64,000 nucleotides of DNA, taken from positions 117,242,001-117,306,000 of the forward strand of contig OZ024740.1 of assembly GCA_964016885.1 (NCBI GenBank), in the 5' to 3' direction. The translations under genes and the position numbers were made by a program. This DNA comes from Eledone cirrhosa (Eukaryota). Position 1 is the first letter of the stretch. Every line of letters begins with the position of its first letter. This document shows, piece after piece, positions 50,890 to 64,000 of the stretch. The notes under the pieces were generated by a model. It did not search any database. It had not been told where the DNA came from and worked only from the letters and a program-made list of their open reading frames with translations.

Positions 50890-53800
50890 GGTAAGGCATT
50901 AAACTACATCCAGTGGCAAGGCTCAAGTTCGGGAGTTCAGGAGCTCTGGGGAATGTGGAGTTACCCCTTAGTTGTCATAACTCCCAGGTCTGCTCTGGCC
51001 CGGAGTAGTAGTACCTGTTAGGGCCCCATTTATGGGTTAAATAACTACCTTATTCGAGTGGCGCCGGTAAGGTATTGTCAGCCATTGAAAGAAATATGGA
51101 GAGTCTATCTAACAACACTAGGGTTAGAGCCTCTAATTACACTGTCAAGGAGCAGTCTGGTCGTTATGACTCTGCTGGCTTAGAGCCACAGGGAGGGCCA
51201 GTGGATGATGGATCAGCTGTCTCAGACAAATATAAAGAATGCAGTTTTGTCCTGCAGAAGAGCATCAAAATGGGCACTTTGAATGTGAGGGCTATTCGGA
51301 CGCTGGAGAAGAGAGAGGAGTTGGGACATCTGTTCGAGGAGAGTGGTATACAGATACTTGCGATCCAAGGACACAGGATCCTACACGATGATTGGGAAGA
51401 TGAGCCAGTTCATCACCACATCAGCAGTGAGGAACATGACCAATGCTGCAGTGGGAGGAGTGGGTTTTGTTTTCAGCACAAAAACCAGTCTATTGGTGAG
51501 GGAAATAATACCTGTTTCCCCGCGAGTGTTGAGGGTGACCTTCAATGGAAACCCAAGACTGACAGACATCTCAGCCTATAGTCCAACTGAGGGAGACAGT
51601 GATGTGAGTGCGGAAGAGTTCCATGAGGAAGTGTGTAAAGCTGTCAATACCACACAAGGACACAACATCCTGCTTGTTTTGGGGACTTCAATGCATATCT
51701 GAGTAAGGAGGGCAGTGAAGATCCTTGCTGGTACTTCCATAACAACACCAACCGAAATGGAAGACTACTGAGAGACACCCTGCTAGAGGCGAACTTGATA
51801 TATCGACCAACCAAAGGTTTAGGAAGAATCCGGGGAAGATGTGGACCTACATCTCAGATATGCACCTGTCCAAGTCCCAGATTGATTTCATTCGGGTCAG
51901 GAAAAAGTGGCGGAATAGTGTTCTGAACACAGAACCATACAACTATTTCAGTACACTGGGTAGTGACCACCGGCTTGTTATGAGTGAGGTCCGGATGAGC
52001 TTAAGAAAGAACAAGGCTCAGCCCCGGAGAGCAATCTATGACTGGGGAGCTTTCAAAGAAGATGATGAGCTACAGGAGAGGTTCACTTGGAAGTGAGGAA
52101 CAGGTCCAGTGCTCTGTGTGGAGAAACAGAGGAGAGAGAGATTGGATGGACTGAGGAGAGTGTGACGAGGAGGTACGGGCACTTCACCAATGCAGTGGCG
52201 GAAGCAAGTGAGATCCTGGTTCCGAGGAGAAAGAACAAAAGGAAGCACGTCAGATCTGCAGACTCAAAAGTGTGTGCAGCCAGAGAATACCTTAAAGCTG
52301 CCAAGGACCAATTCTATGCTGATACTACGTAGGAGAGGCGGGAGACTGTGGAGGTGATGAGGGACGAACTCTGTACCGCTTATACAGAGGCCAGAGAGGA
52401 GGCGCTGATAGAGGAGATCAGAAGTGTGGAGAGAGCAGTTGACATGCTGGATGTAAGGAGAGCTGGATGATCATCAACGAGATCACAGCGAGGAAGAGAA
52501 GGTGTTCGAGTCAGATCCAGGGAACGGGGCCCGAGGATAGGAAGAGGAGATGGCTAGACCATTTTAGGACCCTACTAGGAGAGCCGCCCTCCACAGCCCA
52601 GAGCACTGGGGAGATCAGGCGGATGTTTGAAGAACTGGATGTTGAGACAGAGCCCTTCACCAGAGAGGAGCTTCAGAGAGTCAATAAGAAGATCAAGGAG
52701 GGCAAGGCTCATGGAGAAGATGGAGTGGCATCAGAGGTGATGAAGAGGTGTGATTTTGATGATATCAGCCTGGGGTTCTGTAACCAGGAACTGGAGAAAG
52801 GAGTTGCCTCGAATCAGTAGAGGATCAGTAACATCGTCCCAGTGCCAAAGAAGGAAGATCTCTCTAACACCAACAACTACAGGGGGATCTCACTGACGTC
52901 ACTTGTGGCAAAGACTCTCAACAAGATGATTCTTAACAGGATCCAGCCTGAGATTGAGAAGAAGCTCAGGGACAAGCAGAACGGCTTCAGAGAGGGAAGA
53001 TCAACCACCAGTCACATCCTGATGCTGAGGAGGATATTAGAGGGAGCTAGAGCAAAGTGCCTTCCTGATGTCATGGTTTTCATTGACTTTAGGAAGGCCT
53101 TTGATTCTGTGGACTGTCACTACTTGATGAAGATCTTACAGGCTTATGGAATCCCCAAGAAGATAGTGGACCTGATATCACTGCCCTACACCAACACCCA
53201 AGTCATTACACCTGATGGGATGACAGAGTTCTTTGAGATACTGGCAGGAGTGCTCCAGGGAGATACATTGGCTCCCTACCTTTTTATCATCGTAGTGGAC
53301 TATTGTATGCGCCTTGCACTGGAGAAACACCAGGGCTCTGGCTTTACTGTAGCACCGGCTCAGAGCAGGAGAGTTAAGGCGAAAACAATATCGGATGCTG
53401 AATTTGCCAACGACATAGTTTTAGTGACAAATACAGTGAAGGGGGAAGAGGATTTGATGCGGGAGGTTGAAACTGTGTCGATGAGTGTGGGGCTGAGAAT
53501 GAATGAGACTAAAACAAAATATCTGGTAAAGAATGTTGAGAAGCAAGAGGGGATCACTAATGTAGGCTGGAAGCCGCTAGAATTGGTTGAGGACTTCCTG
53601 TATTTGGGAGCAAACATTGGGAATACGGAAGATGATGTGGTTGAAAGGAAGAGCAAATCCTGGGCGGTGTGCCACAGCTTGAGATCGGTGTGGAAGTCGG
53701 ACCTTCGTAAAGACCTGAAAATCCGCCTCTTCATTGCTGTAGTGGAGTCTGGGCTGCTATACGGGCCTGACACTTGGACACTGACCAAAAAACTCACTCA

Positions 53801-54165
53801 GATGGTGGATGGGTGCTACACAAGAATGCTGAGGGTGGCTCTGAACATTAATCAGTATACACTGAGGATGAAAAACTCAGAGCTGTATGGGAGCCTCCCA
53901 AAAGTCAGCTCAAAAGTGACACAGAGGAGACTGATGTTAGCTGGACATGCTCACCGGCATCCAGATTTGACATTGCACTCAGTGCTCCTGTGGGAGCCCC
54001 TACATGGACACACTGGAAGAGGAAGACCAAGGTTAACGTATGTTGATACCCTAAGGACAGTCAATGGTCTGTTGGAGACGCAGGACATGGCAGCGATAAT
54101 GAGGGACAGAGACCGCTGGAGAGAACTCGTCCATGAATCTCGGGAATTTTACCCGCCCTAGAAAT
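50890..54165 (+). mobile_element. Near full-length but disrupted LINE (RTE/RTEX-like), APE plus RT
   Basis: Consecutive ORF pieces in shifting frames: GTLNVR..AIQ (51075-), GGVGF..SAYSPT (51343-), SQIDF..GSDHRLV (51839-), and RT 52842-54161 (NYRGISL, QNGFREGRST, FIDFRKAFD, GVLQGDTLAP, GRGRPRLTY). Several frameshifts and stops; catalytic motif reads FAND instead of FADD. 5' boundary approximate. Confidence 0.88.
52842..54161 (+). pseudogene. Reverse transcriptase fragment of the disrupted LINE
   Basis: 439-aa ORF with non-LTR RT motifs; in-frame TAG just upstream (52818-52820); D-to-N change in the catalytic motif. Confidence 0.85.
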
Positions 54166-57100
54166 AGAATATTTACAAACCCATTGAATAGCTGCTATTT
54201 CTTGCAAGTCGAGCGATTACATTGTCTCAGGATAAGAGTATCTTATCTGAGTTTTTAATCGATAATTTTACATGCCTTATAACAGAATACCAAGTCGTGA
54301 AACGTTTATAATATATCTTTCTTTGACACAATACCAATTCTTATGCAATTTGGTGAAGAGAGGTAAAACAAAGTTCAATATTGAAGTTTCACTAAGACGT
54401 GTTATAATTTTAAATAATGAACATTCTGTTTTCTAACACTAAAAAATATTGCCCTCTATTTGCTTCATGGTTTTTACGTTCTTATTTCAAATTTCAATGG
54501 CATCAATTTTCCTTTTCAGTTTTTCCAAATATACCAGTTAAATATTGAGCTTCACTTAATTAGCTAACACCTCCTTGTCAGAATTTGTCGCTTTATGGTC
54601 TATGCTAAAACTTGTTACTAATGAATGATTTAATAATAGATGTCTGCCATTTGAAGCATTTGAAAATATATTCATGATGCATGCACTTTTCTTAGCAAAT
54701 CGATTGGGAGAGCTAAATATATATGTAGCGAGGAGGTAGATCAAATAGGATTTCATTTTCCCTATATACTTCTGCAAAAGGGATCTTGAAAATTGTTTAT
54801 TCCAGCCCATATGTTGAACTAATGGAAATATTACAGTAATCCCTACTTACAGGTCTACAAATCATTTGAAGAAATTTTGAAAGTAAAAAAGTTCGCCCAG
54901 TTTTGATCCTGTAGCTTAATTAATAAGTATGTATGGAATATGTAGGCAATTAGCAAAAGCGCGTGATCAAGTGGAAAGTATGTTTGACTTGAAATCATGA
55001 GATCATGAACTAGACAGCGCTTTGTTTTCTTGAGCAATACACATTGTTATACGTTGCTCCAATTTAATCAACACCAAATGGAGGTTAATTCTTCGTCGGG
55101 ATGGTGTACCGTCTAGAGAAGAGTACTCTAAGTTGCATGATCGGAATAAGTTAAGGCGTGATGATCTTCTGGGATTGCGCCAGACTTTAACAACTTTAAT
55201 TATAACAGAAATTCAATATATGTTTTATAATCTAATTTTTATACAGTGCTGCAAATTCCTGATTCCTGTTTGTAGACATTTTGCAAAATCCTCGATTTAT
55301 AAATCTAATAGATTGTATTGTACCGTACTTATATTACAGCTGCATATACAATTCTGCATTCGATCCAGTCCTGACAACCGGCTATCAATACCTGTTTACA
55401 CTGAACTTCTGTTTCCACTGCCATACGAATGTCTGCAAATAATATATGACGGGCAAGGATCACTGGTTGTTCTCCTCGGCAACGCTTTCCAATCTTGTCC
55501 ATTGAGCACAACTTATGATATGTCGATTTTTTCCCTTCCACATTTGACAACCTTTTTCTTCTTTTTGATCCTTAAATAATATTTAGGTACAATGTAAATG
55601 TCATTATAATACATGTTGATTATCGTACAATCTTGACTTCCGCGTTATAGCGTGTGTGATAGAACGTCTGAGTTCATTCTAACCCTGCAGTATATATAAT
55701 ACTGAACCGTCAAAGGGTTAGGATTACCAACCACTCTACTTTTAAGGATGGATACGAATTGGCTAAAGAGATAAAGAATAATGAAGGAAGGAGAAGAAAA
55801 GTCGGTGAACTTGAAATACCTACTTCTAAGATATTGTAGATAAATTACTTATCAGAACAATCTATTGGTCTTATCTTTTCATTTCGCCATTTTGTAGCCA
55901 TTTGGATAAGTGGGTATCATTATGGCTCGTTGGTTTAAGGCATTCATTACAAGTAGCAACACTGCAAGTAAGAGGGGGATGGTGGAATTTAATTTAGTTG
56001 ACATGTCAGAGAAAGTTGTAAAGTATCACTTAGTCTAGAGAAGCATGAATGTATGGGTTGCTTCAAAACTAACAAAGCGATAAATGTGTGTAATTGTTGA
56101 GGTGAACACACATACATTCTATTATCACATTATTTTGTCATTTCCTTCTTAAAGAATGCGTTGAAACTACCAAAGAAGAACAGATTTTACTCTCATCTCA
56201 TTACGAATTTGGGAATAACTATCAGAACAATTCAGATGTAAAATTGCTCATATAAAGTTTCAAATTATGTGTGAGTGAGAGTAAACATATATAAAGTTCA
56301 AAAGACAAAATAATAAATAAATGTAAATACAAATAAACTTCTTCAATTTCTTACAGGTAGTTGGGTATAGTTGTTTTAATTCCAGGTCCAGTTCTGATTG
56401 GGTAGACATTATCTAAAGCATTCTAGCCATGGCCATCTCGTCTTTTTAGGGATACAAAACTACATTATTGAATGTGTCATTTCCTTTTTTTAAGATTTGA
56501 GGAACATTTAGATGCTGTACACAGAGGTTCTCAAAGTGGGCGCTTGAGAAGGTCCAGGTGGTGCTGGAGCCTAAGGGGGTGGGGTAGAGATGATATAATA
56601 GTATATTAAATATCAAATGATATATATAATATATAAATATAGTAAAATAAAAACTATATAATATTTATTTTTACATAATATATATTATATTATTTATTAT
56701 ATATAAATTAACGATTTAATCATCATATATTATTTACGATTTTTGTGTAGGTAGGTCCCTCTGAAAATAGGGTTGGTGGCGCTGACGTTGCCGGGGGGGG
56801 GGGGGGATCTCTGCTGTAATGTATTAAAGGTATTTTGTAATGATACTAGCCAACCTCTTTACATTTCTTGAACTAAAGATAAAAGGTGATAGTTCAAATT
56901 AACTAGAAGTCTACTCAGAATATAATTTTTGTTTAAGAACAATTGCAATTATATGTGGATAAAGAGAATATGTATGAAAATTGATTCATGGGTGAACAGT
57001 GTATATTTATAAAGGTGTAGTTTTATATATAAGGCGGCGAATTGGCAGAGTCGTTAGAACGTCATATAGGGTTGGGATCTATTATATCCCTATATCTTTC

Positions 57101-60100
57101 ACTTCTGCTATCATTCTCTTCCCTTCTCTCAAGAAATCGGCTGTGTGCATGGCCATGATAGCCGTAAAATGTCGTTTGCCACGACGGCACCCCTCCGACT
57201 TTATTAGGAATTACGGTCCATATATGCAAACAGAAATTTTTCATATATAATTCCAGCACAAACACACTCTATTTCGAAGTTAATGAGATCAGTATATCAA
57301 TAAGTGTAATGAATTGAACAAATATATATTTTGTATTTTCAACAAAAAAAAAAAAAAAGAAAAAAACGAAAGATAAATAGAGGAAGAATGATTAGTATTT
57401 GAATGTATTGTGAGATATGTTGGCACTCTGAACACGATTTGTATACAACCTTCCTTGAATGAATAAATAAATAAATATCTTGGTATGTCCTGGAATTAAA
57501 CAATCTAATGAGACATTTATTTTTCTTAAGTCAACAGGGAACTTTAGCGGCTCTTTTTACGGTCTCAAGTTGAAACGTTTTAAAGATATTATTTTTACGA
57601 CGCCATTTATATATTCTCTTCCATTACTATATAAACTCTTTTAGTTAATTCAATTCTAACCTTAGTAGCAGCGTGGTATACAGCATTACATTCAATTGTG
57701 GTTCAAATTCTAGCAACAATGTGAATAGTTTATGACATGACTATGTTTTACATTAAAATGCTTACATGAAAGGTGACTACTTTTAAAATTGCGAGTAGAT
57801 ACCTGAATTTTCCGCGACCAACTAGTCAATCTAATTAATTTCCGAGGTGTAGTGCACTTTTTTTAACCCCACATGTTTCTAGTGAATTACTATATAGCCC
57901 GCCAAAACGGATGGGTACCATCCTAACACACGTCCTGGGCATTGTACATCTGGTGTATCCTATCTCTCCCCAGGTCGGAATAGCCGATTTCTTCTTCTTT
58001 TGTGGGAGTGAGTGAGTGTGTGTGTAGGAAGAATCTGATTACTTGCTAAAACTTAATCAATTGAAAGTGACATGCTATATAAAAACAAAATAAATCGCCA
58101 AAGTAAATTATTGATTTCTAACAATGTCACAAGGCCAAATATTATGGCATGTTAGTATTTCTTATCTTATTGTACAAATTTCAAAATACTGAAAATTACT
58201 TTCCCAGAGATATTCTATCATGTCTGGTTGTCGAGAGCACGCGCTAAGCAGGTAATTAATATGAACAAAGACATTTTAACGGTGGAAGCTGCTTATTACC
58301 AGTGTTGTCAAAACTATTGTTTATGTCATCAAATTAATATTATTAGCATTATTGTCATTTAACATCATCTTTCGTTTGCCTTCAGTGGTGTTTTGAGTCG
58401 TGAGACGGGTCGGAGAAACAAACTGTGATTATACGTTCCATATTTTTGCAAGGTTTCTACGGCTAGATGTCCTTACTAACGCCAACCAGTAGATAGAGCA
58501 TATTAGGTGCATTTTATCGTGACATTACCAATTTTTAGCGTGTAATGGTGCTACGATATTATATATACAATATGTATTATATAATTTCTACGAGAGTTCC
58601 AATATATGAATCTAGCTTCAACTTCACCTTATTTTCACAGAAATACTTTATCTGTGGTGAACATGAAATGAATGTAGGTGCGCAAAGAGTTTAGTGTAAG
58701 AAAGTGCGAGACGACTGAACACAAAACTAATGTAGGTACACAAATCGTGCGAGTGAATGCGTGCGCGCTCGTGTATCTGTGTGTGTGTGAAAGCAAGAGA
58801 GGGGTGAGGTGGGGATGATCAGGGAGGAAGGTATGCAACAGACAAAGGGAGAAAGATAATATAGAAACATACGCCACTGTTTGTAATATAATCAGATAAT
58901 TGTCTATAGCTGACTCTTCAAGAAAATAATTTAGAATTAGCGTCACTTGCTATGCTGACAGTAAAAAGAGAATGGTGCTTGCATGCAATCTTATTTATTC
59001 ACCCCTACGTACAAACATTTCACAAATGTTGAGATTCTTCATGTTTGTGTAAGAAGTAATTGATACAACAATCATGAAGTTGGTGGATTTCTTGTTTGTT
59101 TCTATTCTTTTATGTATAGGAATTAGTGAACAACAGCGTCGTTGGTTACAGGTTTCTAACAAATAAATTCACTGCATATCTTCCTATGAGTCACTGCATA
59201 TCTGGATATCTGATGGCAGCGTGGGTGCACAAAGGATTTCGTTCCACTAGCACCGTCCTTCAGTATTTATTTTTAAAAATATCTCGTTAATGCATTCAGT
59301 TTCCAAATTTAGTTAGGGAAGAGGGGGGAGGTGAACTTTACCCTCAAATCAAAAGTATCTGGCCCACTGCACTAAAAATCTACCAATCCAGCGCCATGAG
59401 TTATTAGTATATTTTATCGTCACCAAAATATATGAAAGGCAAAGTGGGTCTTGACATTTTGTACGGTTGGAAAATCGGTTGTCTGTACGTGTCTGTTATT
59501 CCAGGTCGTCAACACTGTTCGAGCAGATCTAATCACAGACGTTCCTAGCTATACACATCTCGTTTTCATCAGGATTGGTGATTCTAGGACTACATCATCC
59601 AATGGGGCTCTCCTGGTTAGTGATTTGAGGGATATTTTGCTAATGTTTTTAGCAGATCGAGTGACTATGAAGGGATTTCCTTATGTTCGTGTGTGTGTCC
59701 CCGTCCGCGCACGCGTGTGTTGGTAGATATAATGTGTTTGTGCGTTTCTTTGATTTGCTAATTGCATATATTTACATGTCATCATTCCACTGGATTAGTT
59801 GAGTTTTATTTGAATAGTTGATAGACTTACTTTATCACCCATATTTTTCAACACCACCAGCCCGCCCTTGAGTGACATTAGTGTATCTGTGGTAGAAATT
59901 ACAATTACGGAAACATACAGAGTGACGTGATAATACAAATAGTAACGCATAAGAGAAAAAAATTCACGACATTTAGTTTAATATTTACGTCCTTAGTTCA
60001 AAGCCAGCAAATACCAACAATATACTGGAATAATCTATCAGCCTCTCTTAGAATTGGTCTGGTACCTGAATTAACAGAACTTATTTTTAACATTGGAAAT

Positions 60101-62038
60101 GAAAAGTGTTTCGATTCGGTACGAGCAAAGTCTCTACAAATTGATTTTCCGTCTTACAAGTTCAGTTTCAATTCCAGCTTGGAACCGCTTCACTTACATC
60201 ACTAATAGACGGTTCGCCACACTACATATCTAAAATTTCACGCCGACGTAAAAAAGAAAACATACAACAGTAGTTAGGAGTAGCTGTTGTATAATGTGAA
60301 CAGCTTGAGTTCCTTCTGTTAGTGATGAAATTAGAGCTACATTTTGTGCTTGACTAGTTCCCACATAGATTTGGGTTTCTTGATAGCTATACATTATTGT
60401 CACTGATAAGATGTGAGTGGTGGTAGTGGTGGTAGATTTATGCGGTGTGGTATACTATGGTGTCGTGTGGTGTGGTCATGTTGGATCACAAACGTCCTTG
60501 ACAATATATATCATATCATTCACCAAAGAGAAATATTTTCATTACCATCAGCGTGGCTTTGAGTGAAATATATATAGAAGTGATGATGAATGATCTATCT
60601 TATCCACACCTTTCTCACCCACCCACATTGCTTCTGAGCTAGAATTTTTCAATATTTCATGCTCCGCCTCTTAACTTATCTTTGAAAAAATATTTTAATT
60701 CGGCAAAGTTGATTGAAGAAACACTCCCTCACACACATTCTTAGCTGCACACACGTTCGTGTACAAGAAGTTTGATAAAATTAAAATAAAATAAAATAAA
60801 ATTACATAAAATGGAAGTAACAACAGACATGACATTATACTGCTGTTACTCTACTGGTCATCAAAAACTTCCACTCTCAATTTTAGGTCATAAGTACATG
60901 AATTTTCAATGGCACTCATTTATATACAGATATAAAAGACTATTACAGGGTTTAGTCTCTGGACTGCTGCTATGTTGGAGAAACATAATTAAGCATTTCA
61001 TATGGACCTCAACTCGTACTTAATTTATTGACACCTATTTATCGACAACTAGGTTACATTTACATAAATGTCAGTAACTCAACACGAGACAAGCCAACGA
61101 TGTCCCCACAAAATGACTGAGAGACTACTGAGAGGGTTATTCTTCCTTATCGATGTTAGGGTTTGGGAAAATTGATCGGATATTGCCTCATGAATCAGCA
61201 GCGTCGCTAACTTTGAAGGATTGCACAACAAAATGAGCTATATAGATTCGAGTCAATTAACACTGGAGAGAGAGAGAGAGAGAATAAAAAGAAAACAGTC
61301 ATGTTGACTTCCGTCGGTTTCGATGATACGTGTGCCAGACATGTGTACCCATTATATAAATTCTCAGAAATTCAACAAGTCGTTCCATCTGATAGCCTTC
61401 CAAACGGGTTCCATTTAGCCCAATTTCACTTACAAGGCATACTTCGATCAGAGTCAACAGTAAATATTTTCCCAGATGCCATGCAGTAGTATCAAACCAG
61501 AGAATTAATAATTGCGCCGTGAACATCGTAACCCTTTGGACATGCTGCGAGCACGCTGAAACATCTTGACAAGAAAAAGCGGGCTTTTTGTGTGGGAGAA
61601 AAGGCAAGCGCAATAATACAGGTTATGTACATGAACAGCTAATCGTGTGTGGTCTGGGTAGAAATAGAGTCTGGAATTTTGTCAACATTTCTTACAGTCA
61701 AACTGGATGATTAAGTCGAGAAATAGGTGGTGTCCACCTGTTTTGGTGTACATGTATGTATATGATATATAGAGATATGTGCATGTGTATGTTCGTAGGC
61801 AAGTGTATATAAGTTTGCAAGCGAAAGACTAGAAACAAGATAGTGTAAATAATATGAGGGTATAAAGTATAAAAATTGATGCGTGTGTTCTTATGCAATT
61901 CGTTATATATATTAGGCATATTTATATAGACATTAATTATCATAAATATATAAAATAATCTATGCAGCTTATGTAAACATAAACAAAGGAACTATATAAA
62001 CATATTTAATGTACATACATAACAGGTGCACACACACA

Positions 62039-64000
<1,962 letters not shown>

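Noticed and set aside
59528-59576. Minus-strand AATC-CTGATGA...GGAAC...GATT hammerhead-like string
   Set aside because: No stem II, altered GAAA, no valid NUH triplet.

Overview
AT-rich, microsatellite-dense eukaryotic DNA. The repeat landscape resembles an octopod cephalopod (inference, from recall of Octopus repeat families). One host gene is supported: a Mox/Meox homeobox gene on the minus strand, with coding exons at 23052-23227 and 13366-13491 joined in frame across a 9.56-kb intron. Its first exon was not found and may lie beyond 64 kb. That intron carries an RTE-clade LINE with an intact 1022-aa ORF (APE, RT and PHD-like finger). Also present: a disrupted second LINE (about 50.9-54.2 kb), Tx1/L1-, CR1- and RTE-like fragments, more than 10 copies of a tRNA-derived SINE, hAT, mariner and Helitron remnants, and a Penelope-like GIY-YIG fragment. 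The structure not explained by the ORF track is a set of about 10 minimal type I hammerhead ribozyme (HHR) motifs from several sequence families, mostly in short non-coding elements next to (TA)n. One element is a ~1.4-mer of a ~350-nt unit whose 5' end falls exactly on the predicted cleavage site (retrozyme-like). Several others form perfect or near-perfect palindromes; three of these fold back within the ribozyme stem II region. All folds and alignments were done by eye, and none of the activities has been tested.
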